A stretch of DNA of 64,000 nt. Source: Narcine bancroftii. Its lineage: Eukaryota. The DNA lies in contig NC_091474.1 in NCBI RefSeq assembly GCF_036971445.1, positions 77,748,001-77,812,000 on the forward strand. Direction: 5' to 3'. Within the stretch, counting starts at the first letter, position 1. Every line of letters starts with the position of its first letter. Positions 63,659 to 64,000 of the stretch are shown here, in pieces. Both the position numbers and the translations under genes were made by a program. The notes below the pieces were generated by a model, which saw nothing but the letters and a program-made list of their open reading frames with translations, searched no databases and was not told the DNA's origin.

Positions 63659-64000
63659 CTAATGAGAAAGGGGGAGAGACAATCATTAATGCCATTTAAC
63701 TTACACAAAAAATTCTGGAGAAACTTGTGAAAACTACAATCACAGCATCTGCAGATTTTTTTGTTTAACAATCATAAATGCCAGATTTCTATATTTTACA
63801 CATTGTATATACACAGAGACTAGGCTTTCATCTGATGGAGTTTAGAGGAATTTGATTGAAATGGAAATTATCCTAAGGGATCTTGGCTGGTTGGAAGTGG
63901 AAAGAAGGTTTTCACTAATGGGAGAACCTAGAATTAAGGTTCACTGCTTAAAAATATGGGGTTGCCCACAAAAAGAAAGAAAGTGATTTAAAAAAAATTC

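Overview
Vertebrate genomic DNA with spliced genes; the repeat landscape (tRNA-derived V-SINE-like, CR1, Rex1/Babar, Penelope, L1, hAT, Tigger) suggests a cartilaginous fish, probably a ray. The window holds two complete, intact tandem paralogs of AIFM2/FSP1 (ferroptosis suppressor protein 1) on the + strand, each with 8 coding exons and 373 aa: a divergent copy at 4719-18469 and a canonical-looking copy at 29170-42409 with a CpG-island promoter at about 23.3-23.7 kb. The last three coding exons of a convergent ELOVL6/ELOVL3-type elongase lie on the - strand (55366-63658). Notable structure: active-site divergence in the upstream FSP1 copy, a GC-AG intron in the downstream copy, an ORF2-deleted L1 with TSDs and a nested hAT element 18 bp from a splice acceptor, a 512-bp apparently perfect inverted duplication (47248-47759 / 48456-48967), a G-quadruplex-prone 16-mer array, and a 36-bp minisatellite. 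Most entries in the ORF track are spurious. Exon boundaries were read by hand; repeat boundaries are approximate unless a TSD or TIR is cited.
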